Positions 1 through 7,486 of a DNA stretch of 64,000 nucleotides are shown piece after piece. Position 1 is the first letter of the stretch; each line of letters begins with the position of its first letter. Under the pieces are notes generated by a model. That model searched no databases. It was not told the DNA's origin and saw nothing but the letters and a program-made list of their open reading frames with translations. Source of the stretch: an uncultured virus (IMG/VR IMGVR_UViG_3300018050_001510) (Duplodnaviria > Heunggongvirae > Uroviricota > Caudoviricetes); IMG/VR virus record IMGVR_UViG_3300018050_001510. One strand, 5' to 3'. Both the position numbers and the translations under genes were made by a program.

Positions 1-13
1 AATTCAAATTAAT

Positions 14-493
14 ATGAGAAGTGTTCAAGAAATCCTATTTACTACAGAAGAATTACTAACAGTTAATGAAGTAGAAATTCATTACAAAAAAAAATCAAAA
101 GTTAATTACAAAATTACAAGTTCTCAAGATGCATACATGCTTTTTAAAACATTGTATGATGATTATACAATGGAACATAAAGAATTCTTTTGGGTAGCTT
201 ATACAAATAGAGCTAATAAAGTTATTTCGTGTATGAAGTTATCTGAAGGAGGTATTGCTGGTACAGTAGTTGAAGTAAGTCATATTTTGCAACCTGCTAT
301 TCTTTCTAATGCTTCTGGAATTATTTTATGTCATAATCATCCAAGTGGAAATCTTAATGCTTCTGAAGCTGATAAAGTAATAACAAAAAAGATTCAAGAA
401 GCATGTAAATGTTTCGATATGTCAGTTTTAGATCACTTAATCATAACACATGAAAACAAATACTACTCGTTCCAAGATGAAGGAATCCTTTAA
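14..493 (+). CDS. radC: RadC-like JAB/MPN domain protein
   Basis: KEFFWV...NRANKV, GGIAGTVV and the JAB metal motif HNHPSGNLxxSxAD...LDHLII. Confidence 0.93.
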   Translation: MRSVQEILFTTEELLTVNEVEIHYKKKSKVNYKITSSQDAYMLFKTLYDDYTMEHKEFFWVAYTNRANKVISCMKLSEGGIAGTVVEVSHILQPAILSNASGIILCHNHPSGNLNASEADKVITKKIQEACKCFDMSVLDHLIITHENKYYSFQDEGIL

Positions 494-677
494 CATTCTT
501 TCTCCTGATGGATTTCCTATCGAGAGAGATAAAGTATATTCAACACCTGAAAAAGCTTGGAAAGCTCTTGAAGAGTGGATGGAAAGATACAAACAACAAG
601 GTTACTATTCAATGAGTAATCGTGAAAGACTTCCTTTGGATGAAATAAAAGAAAATTGTACTTTAATTAAAAATTGA
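450..677 (+). CDS. hypothetical early protein (start possibly at ATG 477)
   Basis: ORF track; tightly packed co-directional early genes. Confidence 0.7.
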   Translation: MKTNTTRSKMKESFNILSPDGFPIERDKVYSTPEKAWKALEEWMERYKQQGYYSMSNRERLPLDEIKENCTLIKN

Positions 678-680
678 TTT

Positions 681-884
681 ATGAATAATTTAAAAATAAA
701 AAAATCAAAAAAACAATATGAAGAACATTTAAATTCAGAATCTCCAGAACAAGGTTCAGAGGAATGGATAATTGGTGGAACTATTAGATATTACCACATG
801 TGGAGAAATCAATATGGTACAGCTATTCGTAAATTCGATCCAATTGCATTTGAAGTAGGATTTAATGATTTTTTAAAAAACTAA
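681..884 (+). CDS. hypothetical early protein
   Basis: ORF track; C-terminal DPIAFEVGFNDF motif seen in small phage proteins. Confidence 0.7.
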   Translation: MNNLKIKKSKKQYEEHLNSESPEQGSEEWIIGGTIRYYHMWRNQYGTAIRKFDPIAFEVGFNDFLKN

Positions 885-889
885 TTTTT

Positions 890-1078
890 ATGAAAACAAT
901 AACGCAAGTTCGTAAATCGTTTTGGGAAGCACATCCTGAATTTAAAAGTGAATACCGAAAAACATGGAGGCAAAATAAATATCGAACTGACATTCGTTGT
1001 GCATTTGTTGATTTTATTGATTACTTAAAAAGAAATAACAGTATAACTGAAAAATTAAGAAGTAGAGCAACATTATGA
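890..1078 (+). CDS. hypothetical early protein
   Basis: ORF track, operon packing. Confidence 0.7.
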   Translation: MKTITQVRKSFWEAHPEFKSEYRKTWRQNKYRTDIRCAFVDFIDYLKRNNSITEKLRSRATL

Positions 1079-1107
1079 CATTAATTAAAAAAATCTATTA
1101 AAAGTAA

Positions 1108-1707
1108 ATGCTTAACGAATTAAGCCAAGTACACATTACTAATGGTGATGGTAAGATGGAGGGAATACCTTCTATTAATGTTTCTAGTTTATCGAATGAT
1201 TTTTGTAAAAAGCTATCTAAAATAAAAGATACTGTTTGCAATAAATGCTATAGCAATCGATATTCAAAAATGCGACCAAACCTTGAAAACAAGCTTCTGT
1301 TAAACTCAGAACTATTATCTGAAAAATTATTAATGCCATCCGAATTACCTGTATTAAATGCAAGATATGCACGATTCAATTCATTTGGAGAAATTATTAA
1401 TGAAACTCATTATCTAAATCTTATGTTAATAGCTAGTCATAATCCATTTACAACATTCGGATTGTGGACAAAAAGAGCAGATATAGTAATGGAGTTTCCA
1501 AAAGTAAAAAATATCAAGTATGTTTACTCGGTAACTAAAGTTGGCAATAATGAGCCAAGCAAAGCTATTATCGATTACTTTGATAAGATTTTCATTGTTC
1601 ATTCGAGAAAATCGACTACAATAATGAATTGCTATGGTAAATGTTTATCATGTCTACTTTGTTACAGCGATAACAAGATAAAAGTTATCAATGAAAAAAT
1701 TAAATAA
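1108..1707 (+). CDS. gp88-like Cys-rich (Fe-S/radical-SAM-like) phage protein
   Basis: C-x9-C-x2-CY, RFNSFGE, LWTKR and C-terminal CxxxCxxCxxCY. Confidence 0.6.
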   Translation: MLNELSQVHITNGDGKMEGIPSINVSSLSNDFCKKLSKIKDTVCNKCYSNRYSKMRPNLENKLLLNSELLSEKLLMPSELPVLNARYARFNSFGEIINETHYLNLMLIASHNPFTTFGLWTKRADIVMEFPKVKNIKYVYSVTKVGNNEPSKAIIDYFDKIFIVHSRKSTTIMNCYGKCLSCLLCYSDNKIKVINEKIK

Positions 1708-1713
1708 TCAGTA

Positions 1714-1734
1714 TAGGGGCTTTACTGCCCCTTA
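1714..1734 (+). promoter_or_regulatory. conserved early-gene hairpin, copy 1 (AGGGGC-TTTACT-GCCCCT)
   Basis: perfect stem with 6-nt loop; related copies at 3676, 7444, 63333, 63611, 63934. Confidence 0.65.
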
Positions 1735-1749
1735 CTTAAATTAATTATT

Positions 1750-1869
1750 ATGATTATACAATACATTGTAAATTACAATGGTAAAATTTTTTATCTTAAA
1801 ACAAGAAAAATTGTGAAAGCAATTTTAATCGACCATCCCCAACTAATAATTAAAAGAATAATAGTATGA
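1750..1869 (+). CDS. 39-aa hypothetical protein (MIIQYIVNYNGKIFYLK...), not in ORF track
   Basis: manual translation; its TGA overlaps the next ATG (ATGA at 1866-1869). Confidence 0.55.
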   Translation: MIIQYIVNYNGKIFYLKTRKIVKAILIDHPQLIIKRIIV

Positions 1870-2099
1870 ATTATATTGTAGCACGATTTAAAGGTAAATG
1901 TTCAGAAACAGGAAAAACAATACCTAAAGGTGAAAATTGTTTACATGATCCATTTTTAAAACAAGTCTATGCTATGGACAGCCCTAAAGGAATTAAATGG
2001 CAACAGGACGAACAAAACAGTCATCTGGAAGCAGGAAAGATGGCACAAGCTGAGCAAGAAGCTTTTTATGACAATTTTTGTCAAAGAAATGGTATTTAA
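1866..2099 (+). CDS. small protein with ARFKGKCxxTGxxIxKGE (zinc-ribbon-like) N-terminus
   Basis: ORF track motif. Confidence 0.65.
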   Translation: MNYIVARFKGKCSETGKTIPKGENCLHDPFLKQVYAMDSPKGIKWQQDEQNSHLEAGKMAQAEQEAFYDNFCQRNGI

Positions 2100-2110
2100 T
2101 TTTATATTTG
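2077..2110 (+). promoter_or_regulatory. Bacteroidota sigmaA-type promoter (TTTG ... TATATTTG)
   Basis: TAnnTTTG at 2103-2110 with TTTG at 2077-2080, upstream of ORF 2139. Confidence 0.5.
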
Positions 2111-2138
2111 TAACACTTCATAGAGAGAAGTAATTTTT

Positions 2139-2468
2139 ATGGCAATAAATTTAAACATTACCTCAACAGTAAAAATGTTGATGGAAAAATTCCCTGAATG
2201 TAGGGATAACGATAATACGCTTATTGTAAAAGTATGGGCTGAAGAAAAACCTACTATTAAAGGTAAAGGTTATTTATTAGCTGATTTTACAATTGCATTT
2301 AAACATGGTGAATTTTCATCAACAGAAACAATTCGAAGAACAAGACAAAAATTACAAGAAGAGTTTATTGAATTACGTGGTAAATCTTATGGCAAACGTC
2401 AAAAGAAATCTACTATAATCAAAGAACAATTAACTAACCCTGAATTTTATCCAGGAGGAACACCTTAA
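2139..2468 (+). CDS. hypothetical protein (RDNDNxLI...ETIRRTRQKLQE)
   Basis: ORF track. Confidence 0.75.
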   Translation: MAINLNITSTVKMLMEKFPECRDNDNTLIVKVWAEEKPTIKGKGYLLADFTIAFKHGEFSSTETIRRTRQKLQEEFIELRGKSYGKRQKKSTIIKEQLTNPEFYPGGTP

Positions 2469-2478
2469 ATAAAACAAC

Positions 2479-2706
2479 ATGACTGTAAAAGAGTATATCA
2501 AAAATTTAGAAAATTTTATAAAAGAAAATCCTGAAATATTGGATATGAAAGTTATTACAAGTGTAGATGATGAAGGTAATGCATTTAATTTAGTCCATTA
2601 TAGTCCATCTAAAGGAATATATGAAAATAATACATTTATATCAATAGATGAATGTAAAAAACTTGGAAAAAAAAATAGTAAAGTAAATGCTGTATGCGTA
2701 AATTAA
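2479..2706 (+). CDS. hypothetical protein (DDEGN motif)
   Basis: ORF track. Confidence 0.7.
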   Translation: MTVKEYIKNLENFIKENPEILDMKVITSVDDEGNAFNLVHYSPSKGIYENNTFISIDECKKLGKKNSKVNAVCVN

Positions 2707-2710
2707 AATT

Positions 2711-2863
2711 ATGGTAACTTATGACCCTATTGGATTAATAATAGCCTTCGGAATTTATTTCAGTTGGTATTACCTTACTGGCTTCACTATTTTAATTGAA
2801 GAAGCAAGGAATAGAAAACGAAAAGAAAATAAAAAACAATTAACAATAAATCCTTACGAGTAA
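2711..2863 (+). CDS. 50-aa membrane protein (MVTYDPIGLIIAFGIYFSWYYL...), not in ORF track
   Basis: manual translation; one hydrophobic helix followed by a basic tail. Confidence 0.55.
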   Translation: MVTYDPIGLIIAFGIYFSWYYLTGFTILIEEARNRKRKENKKQLTINPYE

Positions 2864-2884
2864 AACAAATAAAAACAAAACAAA

Positions 2885-3112
2885 ATGAAAAAAACAATTT
2901 TAGCAATCTCAATTGTAGCTTTAATTAGCTCATGCAAAAAAGATGAACCATGTAACTGTGGCATCATACAATCAGATAACGCACAAAACTATAGTGTAGT
3001 TATTAAAAATGAGTGTAGTAACAATAACAAAGAATTTATTCTAAGTCAAGGTGACTGGATGAATGCTTACGTTGGAAGCAGATATTGTATAACAAATATA
3101 GATAAATGGTAA
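2885..3112 (+). CDS. small lipoprotein
   Basis: MKK + hydrophobic core + lipobox ISSC followed by KKDE, typical of Bacteroidota lipoproteins. Confidence 0.8.
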   Translation: MKKTILAISIVALISSCKKDEPCNCGIIQSDNAQNYSVVIKNECSNNNKEFILSQGDWMNAYVGSRYCITNIDKW

Positions 3113-3252
3113 TAATTTAAAATCATACAGTCCGAAGTACAAGGAATCGAAGGCAACAAGTTAATGAAACGCATTACCACTAAGTTCTAAATCGTATGTT
3201 AGCACTGTACCGTCAGGGGGCAATTTAAAACGGATTAATAAACTAAAATGAA

Positions 3253-3426
3253 ATGAAAGCAAAAACAATAGAAGAGTTGATAAAACATAGAATTGAAATT
3301 TATCAAGAGGCAATGAAAGAAGAAAAAATAAAAACAGACATGAGTTCTCAAATGTATTTGCAAGGAGCAATAGATGAATTAAAATTCATTGAACAAAGAC
3401 TTATTCAATCTGAACAATATGAATAA
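3253..3426 (+). CDS. 57-aa hypothetical protein (MKAKTIEELIKHRIE...), not in ORF track
   Basis: manual translation; overlaps the ATG at 3419 of the next gene. Confidence 0.6.
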   Translation: MKAKTIEELIKHRIEIYQEAMKEEKIKTDMSSQMYLQGAIDELKFIEQRLIQSEQYE

Positions 3427-3670
3427 AGATGATTTTTGTAAATCTATTATAAACACTAAATCTATAATAGAAATTGATGATGTTTTTTGTGATATTCAAA
3501 AATCAAAATTATCAGATATTGATAAAAATGAACTTTTTGGAATGATACATGTAATGAAAAAAACAGTTATTTTCATTGAAACAATTGAAAATTATATATC
3601 AAAATTGCCTGATAATAATTACATAAAAAAACAATTTTTAAATACAATTAATGAATTTAAAAGACTGTAA
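3419..3670 (+). CDS. hypothetical protein (track start 3389 is TTG; ATG 3419 more likely)
   Basis: ORF track. Confidence 0.6.
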   Translation: MNKDDFCKSIINTKSIIEIDDVFCDIQKSKLSDIDKNELFGMIHVMKKTVIFIETIENYISKLPDNNYIKKQFLNTINEFKRL

Positions 3671-3692
3671 GCTTTGGGCTTTATGGTCTTTT
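3659..3692 (+). promoter_or_regulatory. long hairpin containing a degenerate GGGC-TTTATG-GTCT copy of the early hairpin
   Basis: AAAAGACTGTAAGC...GCTTTATGGTCTTTT inverted repeat directly upstream of the PRTRC cassette. Confidence 0.5.
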
Positions 3693-3719
3693 ACTTTTTA
3701 TATAATTTAAAATCATAAT

Positions 3720-4688
3720 ATGAGCAAAACAAATTTCTTTTCACAAATCAATCATTACCTTGAAGGTAAAAACATTAATCTTTCTATTTCATTAAAAAAT
3801 GACCGATTAACTTGTTCTGTAATATTTCGTCAGTTAGATGGAAGTGAAGGTGAAGCTGGTCCAGTAATCATTTCCGGCTCAGCCGATGAACTTGATGAAG
3901 GATTTATTCAAGCATTATCAAAACCTGTTGAAAAAGCAGACAAAATTCTTGGTTTAACAATTGATGATTCCAAAATGGATGAAGAACCTAAAGAAATAAA
4001 AAAGAAAATTGAAAAGCCAGCAAAACCATTAACAGGTAAAGCAAAAGAAGGCTATGAAAAAGCTAAAAAATATTTTATAGATAATAATTTTGATAATGCA
4101 GAAGTTCAACTTAAAGGTTCTTGTAAAGAGTTTTTAAGCCATCCTGACGTTGCAAAGCTTATGAGTGATATTCTTTCTGCTCAACAAGATTCAGAAGATT
4201 CTGATGAAGAGTCTAAAGGTCAAGAAGATTTATTTGAATCAGCTGAAGCAGAAGAAACAGTTGAAACTGTAATTGAAAAACCAATTCAAGAACTTCAAAA
4301 AGAAGTAGTAGCTAAAGGTGCTGTACAACCAAAAGTTGAACCAATTCCAGAACCAGCAATAGAAGAAATTCAACAACCAGGAATGTTTGATGAACAAGAA
4401 GAAGTAATTCCTGAAGTAAAACCTATGAAACCCGCAGAAAATGAAGAAAACTTTGCTGGAATGGGTATTGTAAAAACAATAGAGCCAGCTCCAGTTGTAG
4501 GAAATGATTTAAGTTCTCTTCAAGGTAAAACTGCTATTGATTTATTATCTATCATTACAACAGCTAAAAATGAGAAAAATTACGATTATGGTATTGAAGT
4601 ATGTAATCTTCTTTTATCAAAGAATCCATCTCACTTTGTAGGTAAAATGAAAAAACAAGAATTAGAAAACCTTAAATCTTTATCTTAA
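3720..4688 (+). CDS. PRTRC system protein E with helical/TPR-like and acidic C-terminal extension
   Basis: NFFSQI...LTCSV...PVIISGSADELDEGFIQALSKPV matches the PRTRC-E signature; first gene of the cassette. Confidence 0.85.
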   Translation: MSKTNFFSQINHYLEGKNINLSISLKNDRLTCSVIFRQLDGSEGEAGPVIISGSADELDEGFIQALSKPVEKADKILGLTIDDSKMDEEPKEIKKKIEKPAKPLTGKAKEGYEKAKKYFIDNNFDNAEVQLKGSCKEFLSHPDVAKLMSDILSAQQDSEDSDEESKGQEDLFESAEAEETVETVIEKPIQELQKEVVAKGAVQPKVEPIPEPAIEEIQQPGMFDEQEEVIPEVKPMKPAENEENFAGMGIVKTIEPAPVVGNDLSSLQGKTAIDLLSIITTAKNEKNYDYGIEVCNLLLSKNPSHFVGKMKKQELENLKSLS

Positions 4689-4894
4689 TGGCACTTATTG
4701 TAGAAACAAAACGAGAATTTAAATTGGATAAGAAAACTCTTCCTGATCCAGACCCAAAAATGAGTGTGAAAGAAGTAATCAAATTTTATTCAGCACAATA
4801 TCCTGAACTAACATCGTGTTCAGTACCTATGCCTGAATGTAAAGGAGATACTTTCATTTATACCTTTAGTGCTAAACTAGAAACGAAAGGATAA
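4688..4894 (+). CDS. PRTRC system protein C (prokaryotic ubiquitin-like)
   Basis: LPDPDPxMSxxEVxxFYSxQYPEL, ends in ...ETKG (C-terminal Gly). Confidence 0.92.
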   Translation: MALIVETKREFKLDKKTLPDPDPKMSVKEVIKFYSAQYPELTSCSVPMPECKGDTFIYTFSAKLETKG

Positions 4895-4899
4895 TCATT

Positions 4900-5088
4900 A
4901 TGAATGCTGATGAATTTTACCAAAGAATATGCGAAAAGAAAAAGAAAAAGAAAAAGTCAATTCCAGATCTTCATCACTTTCATCAGTCGTTCACAAACGA
5001 AATAATGAGAAAGATAAAGTTTCAGTCAGACAAGAAATCAAACCCTTCTGTTATGATGATGAGCGAGATGATAGATCCAGTATTTTAG
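4900..5088 (+). CDS. 62-aa basic protein overlapping PRTRC-F in another frame
   Basis: ATG 5 nt after the protein C stop; strong terminator just after its stop. Confidence 0.5.
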   Translation: MNADEFYQRICEKKKKKKKSIPDLHHFHQSFTNEIMRKIKFQSDKKSNPSVMMMSEMIDPVF

Positions 5089-6119
5089 AACCAAACAATT
5101 CCATTAACACTCTGTCTGCGCTGACCAGACAGGGTGTTTTTTTTAATGGCTTAACTCATGATGATTTTATATTTTATTATTATCCACAAATTAAAAAAAT
5201 TATTGAAAATAATAATGAAAAAATATGGTATGAAAATTCATCATCTGAAGCTTTTATTGAATGGATGCTTACTACACTTGATAAATATATTCCAGTAAGG
5301 AATTGGATATTTAAAAATGGTTGTTTTGATGTTATAGTTTCATCTCCTTTTGATGGTGAAGGGCATGGTTTTTCTATTGGTGGTTATTACGACCTTAAAA
5401 AAATTGATAATCCTTTATATAATTATATTACTCGTGTATTTCATACATGGATTCAAGAATTTAATTATTTACATTGGGATGGTGATGAAGCTGAAGGTAA
5501 TCTTGATTATATGGTTGAATCAATGATGGATATGGATAAAGAAGATAAACCATTTTATGAAAAAGTTTATAATACATACAAAAAAGGTAATGCTAATAAA
5601 TTTAAAAAAGATATTAATAATTCAGAACAAATAACTATTGAAGAAAGTTTTAAAAAAATTAATCATTTTAAAAAAACAAGAGATACAAAAACTTGCGAAT
5701 TACTTGATTGGTTACATGAAGGAGTTATTATTGTTCAAGATGAATTAATAAAAGAAAATATAAAATTTATTATATATGGTGACCAATTTTCAAAATTTCT
5801 TAATAATGAAAATAGATTTGACGATGAAAGAAGTATTTCAGGAATAAATTTCTTTTCTTTTATTTTTAATGTTAATGATGCCTATTTTGAATTTGCTGAT
5901 CAATCATTTGCAGAAAATGTAAATAATTATGGATATTCAGATTTTAAAATTTGTGTGCCTTATCATAAATTAAAAGATATTCAAGAAAAATTTCCAAAAA
6001 CATTATTAAATATTTCAAATTGGTTTAAAAAAGGATGTAAAATTTATGAATCAGAACCCGGAACAATCAAAAAAACTAAATGCAGTACTGAGCATACACT
6101 TTTACACATACTTGTTTGA
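4929..6119 (+). CDS. PRTRC system protein F-like protein
   Basis: position between C and B and ~400-aa size match PRTRC F; sequence motif match is weak. Confidence 0.6.
   Translation: MRKEKEKEKVNSRSSSLSSVVHKRNNEKDKVSVRQEIKPFCYDDERDDRSSILEPNNSINTLSALTRQGVFFNGLTHDDFIFYYYPQIKKIIENNNEKIWYENSSSEAFIEWMLTTLDKYIPVRNWIFKNGCFDVIVSSPFDGEGHGFSIGGYYDLKKIDNPLYNYITRVFHTWIQEFNYLHWDGDEAEGNLDYMVESMMDMDKEDKPFYEKVYNTYKKGNANKFKKDINNSEQITIEESFKKINHFKKTRDTKTCELLDWLHEGVIIVQDELIKENIKFIIYGDQFSKFLNNENRFDDERSISGINFFSFIFNVNDAYFEFADQSFAENVNNYGYSDFKICVPYHKLKDIQEKFPKTLLNISNWFKKGCKIYESEPGTIKKTKCSTEHTLLHILV
5106..5144 (+). terminator. intrinsic terminator inside the PRTRC-F reading frame
   Basis: 13-bp stem AACACTCTGTCTG/CAGACAGGGTGTT, 7-nt loop, T-tract. 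Confidence 0.75.
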
Positions 6120-6711
6120 AAGTGAAGAATTGCATTATATTGAGTCACAAGAATACAAAAATGGAAAACCATGTGGTTATAAACCATTGCAAGAAGAAAT
6201 ACTTCGTTCATTACTAAAAAATACTATTGTTAAAAACAATGATATTTTATGTGATGGATTTATTACACGAAGAATTATTAGTTGCAAATGGGAACCAATG
6301 AATAAACAAGTTTGTTTTATTATTCCCAAAAAAATGGAATTAATAAATATTAATGGAAAAAAATTAATGTTTCATTGTCCAGCAATGTTATTTAAAATTA
6401 ATGATGGAGAACTTTATGTTTACGCTTTGGACAGAACAAATATTAGACCTATTAGTAAACTTTATCATGCTCCTTTCAGAAATGTATATGAAGATGGTAG
6501 AGTTTGCTTAGGACAGCATGATATTTCAAAAAATGCAACTGTAAATGACGTAATTACTAAAACTGAAAATTGGTTTTATAAAAGTCAATTTAATCAATGG
6601 CATCATAAAAATTATACAGATAATGAAATAAATGAACATTATGACAAAGACTGGAAAAAAGAAGAGCTTAAAATTTTCAAAAATAAAAGAGTTGAAGACA
6701 TCATTGATTAA
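6046..6711 (+). CDS. PRTRC system protein B (prokaryotic E2-like)
   Basis: PAMLF...LYVYAL...LYHAPFRNVYEDGRVCLG with candidate catalytic Cys; WFYKSQF. Confidence 0.88.
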   Translation: MNQNPEQSKKLNAVLSIHFYTYLFESEELHYIESQEYKNGKPCGYKPLQEEILRSLLKNTIVKNNDILCDGFITRRIISCKWEPMNKQVCFIIPKKMELININGKKLMFHCPAMLFKINDGELYVYALDRTNIRPISKLYHAPFRNVYEDGRVCLGQHDISKNATVNDVITKTENWFYKSQFNQWHHKNYTDNEINEHYDKDWKKEELKIFKNKRVEDIID

Positions 6712-7441
6712 GTCGCATATTGTTCATCCATACTTAGCATCGCCAATGCATCCTATTACTATTACAGTAATAGGTGCCGGCGGTAATGGTAGCAGAATGA
6801 TTAGTAAACTTGCTCAGATAAATTCAGCATTAAAAATGCTTAATCATCCTGGATTATTTGTTACACTTATAGATAATGATATTGTTGAAAAACATAATGT
6901 AGGAAGACAATTATTTTCAAATGCAGATATTGGCAAACCAAAAGCCATTATATGTATTGAAAGAATAAATCGATTTTTTGGAACAAATTGGAATGCATTA
7001 ACTAAAAAAGTTATAAATGGAGAAACTATTGAATCAAATATTATTATCACTTGTGTAGATAACAATGCGACAAGAAAATTAATTGATGATATTAAATTTG
7101 AAGTAAATTCTAATTATCAAGAACAACGCTTTTACTGGCTTGATATGGGTAACGGTAAAGACCGAGGACAATTTAATCTTTCAACATTTTATAAAAGTAA
7201 AGTCAACTTAAAATCTTTATTCAAAATGTATGGTTATAAAGCTGATGATCCGAATGATAATCAACCCAGCTGTTCAATGGAAGAATCTTTATTAAAACAA
7301 GACTTGTTCGTTAATGATTTATTGGTAACTTACGCTTCCAATTTTTTATGGACAATATTGAGAAAGCATTGTCAAATAACTTATCAGGGAATGTTTTTAA
7401 ACTTTGAAACCAATATCACTACCGAAATACTTATACGATAA
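6632..7441 (+). CDS. PRTRC ThiF-family (E1-like) adenylyltransferase; true start may be TTG 6692
   Basis: VIGAGGNGS, DxDxVExxNVGRQLF, CVDN, YWLDMGN, PSCS..ESLxKQDLFVN. Confidence 0.93.
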   Translation: MNIMTKTGKKKSLKFSKIKELKTSLIKSHIVHPYLASPMHPITITVIGAGGNGSRMISKLAQINSALKMLNHPGLFVTLIDNDIVEKHNVGRQLFSNADIGKPKAIICIERINRFFGTNWNALTKKVINGETIESNIIITCVDNNATRKLIDDIKFEVNSNYQEQRFYWLDMGNGKDRGQFNLSTFYKSKVNLKSLFKMYGYKADDPNDNQPSCSMEESLLKQDLFVNDLLVTYASNFLWTILRKHCQITYQGMFLNFETNITTEILIR

Positions 7442-7443
7442 AC

Positions 7444-7473
7444 AAAATAAAGGGCTTTCTTGCCCTTTGTTTT
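7444..7473 (+). terminator. hairpin AAAATAAAGGGC-TTTCTT-GCCCTTTGTTTT (member of the conserved hairpin family; terminator-like)
   Basis: inverted repeat between ThiF and dnaB. Confidence 0.65.
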
Positions 7474-7486
7474 AATAATATAAAAT

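Noticed and set aside
3161..3370. 69-aa - strand ORF
   Set aside because: Antisense shadow of the + strand 57-aa ORF 3253-3426 within a + strand operon
6632..7441. ThiF as a thiamine or molybdopterin biosynthesis auxiliary metabolic gene
   Set aside because: Context is an E2-like and PRTRC C/E cassette with no ThiS/ThiG/MoaD/MoaE genes, and the motifs match the PRTRC ThiF subfamily
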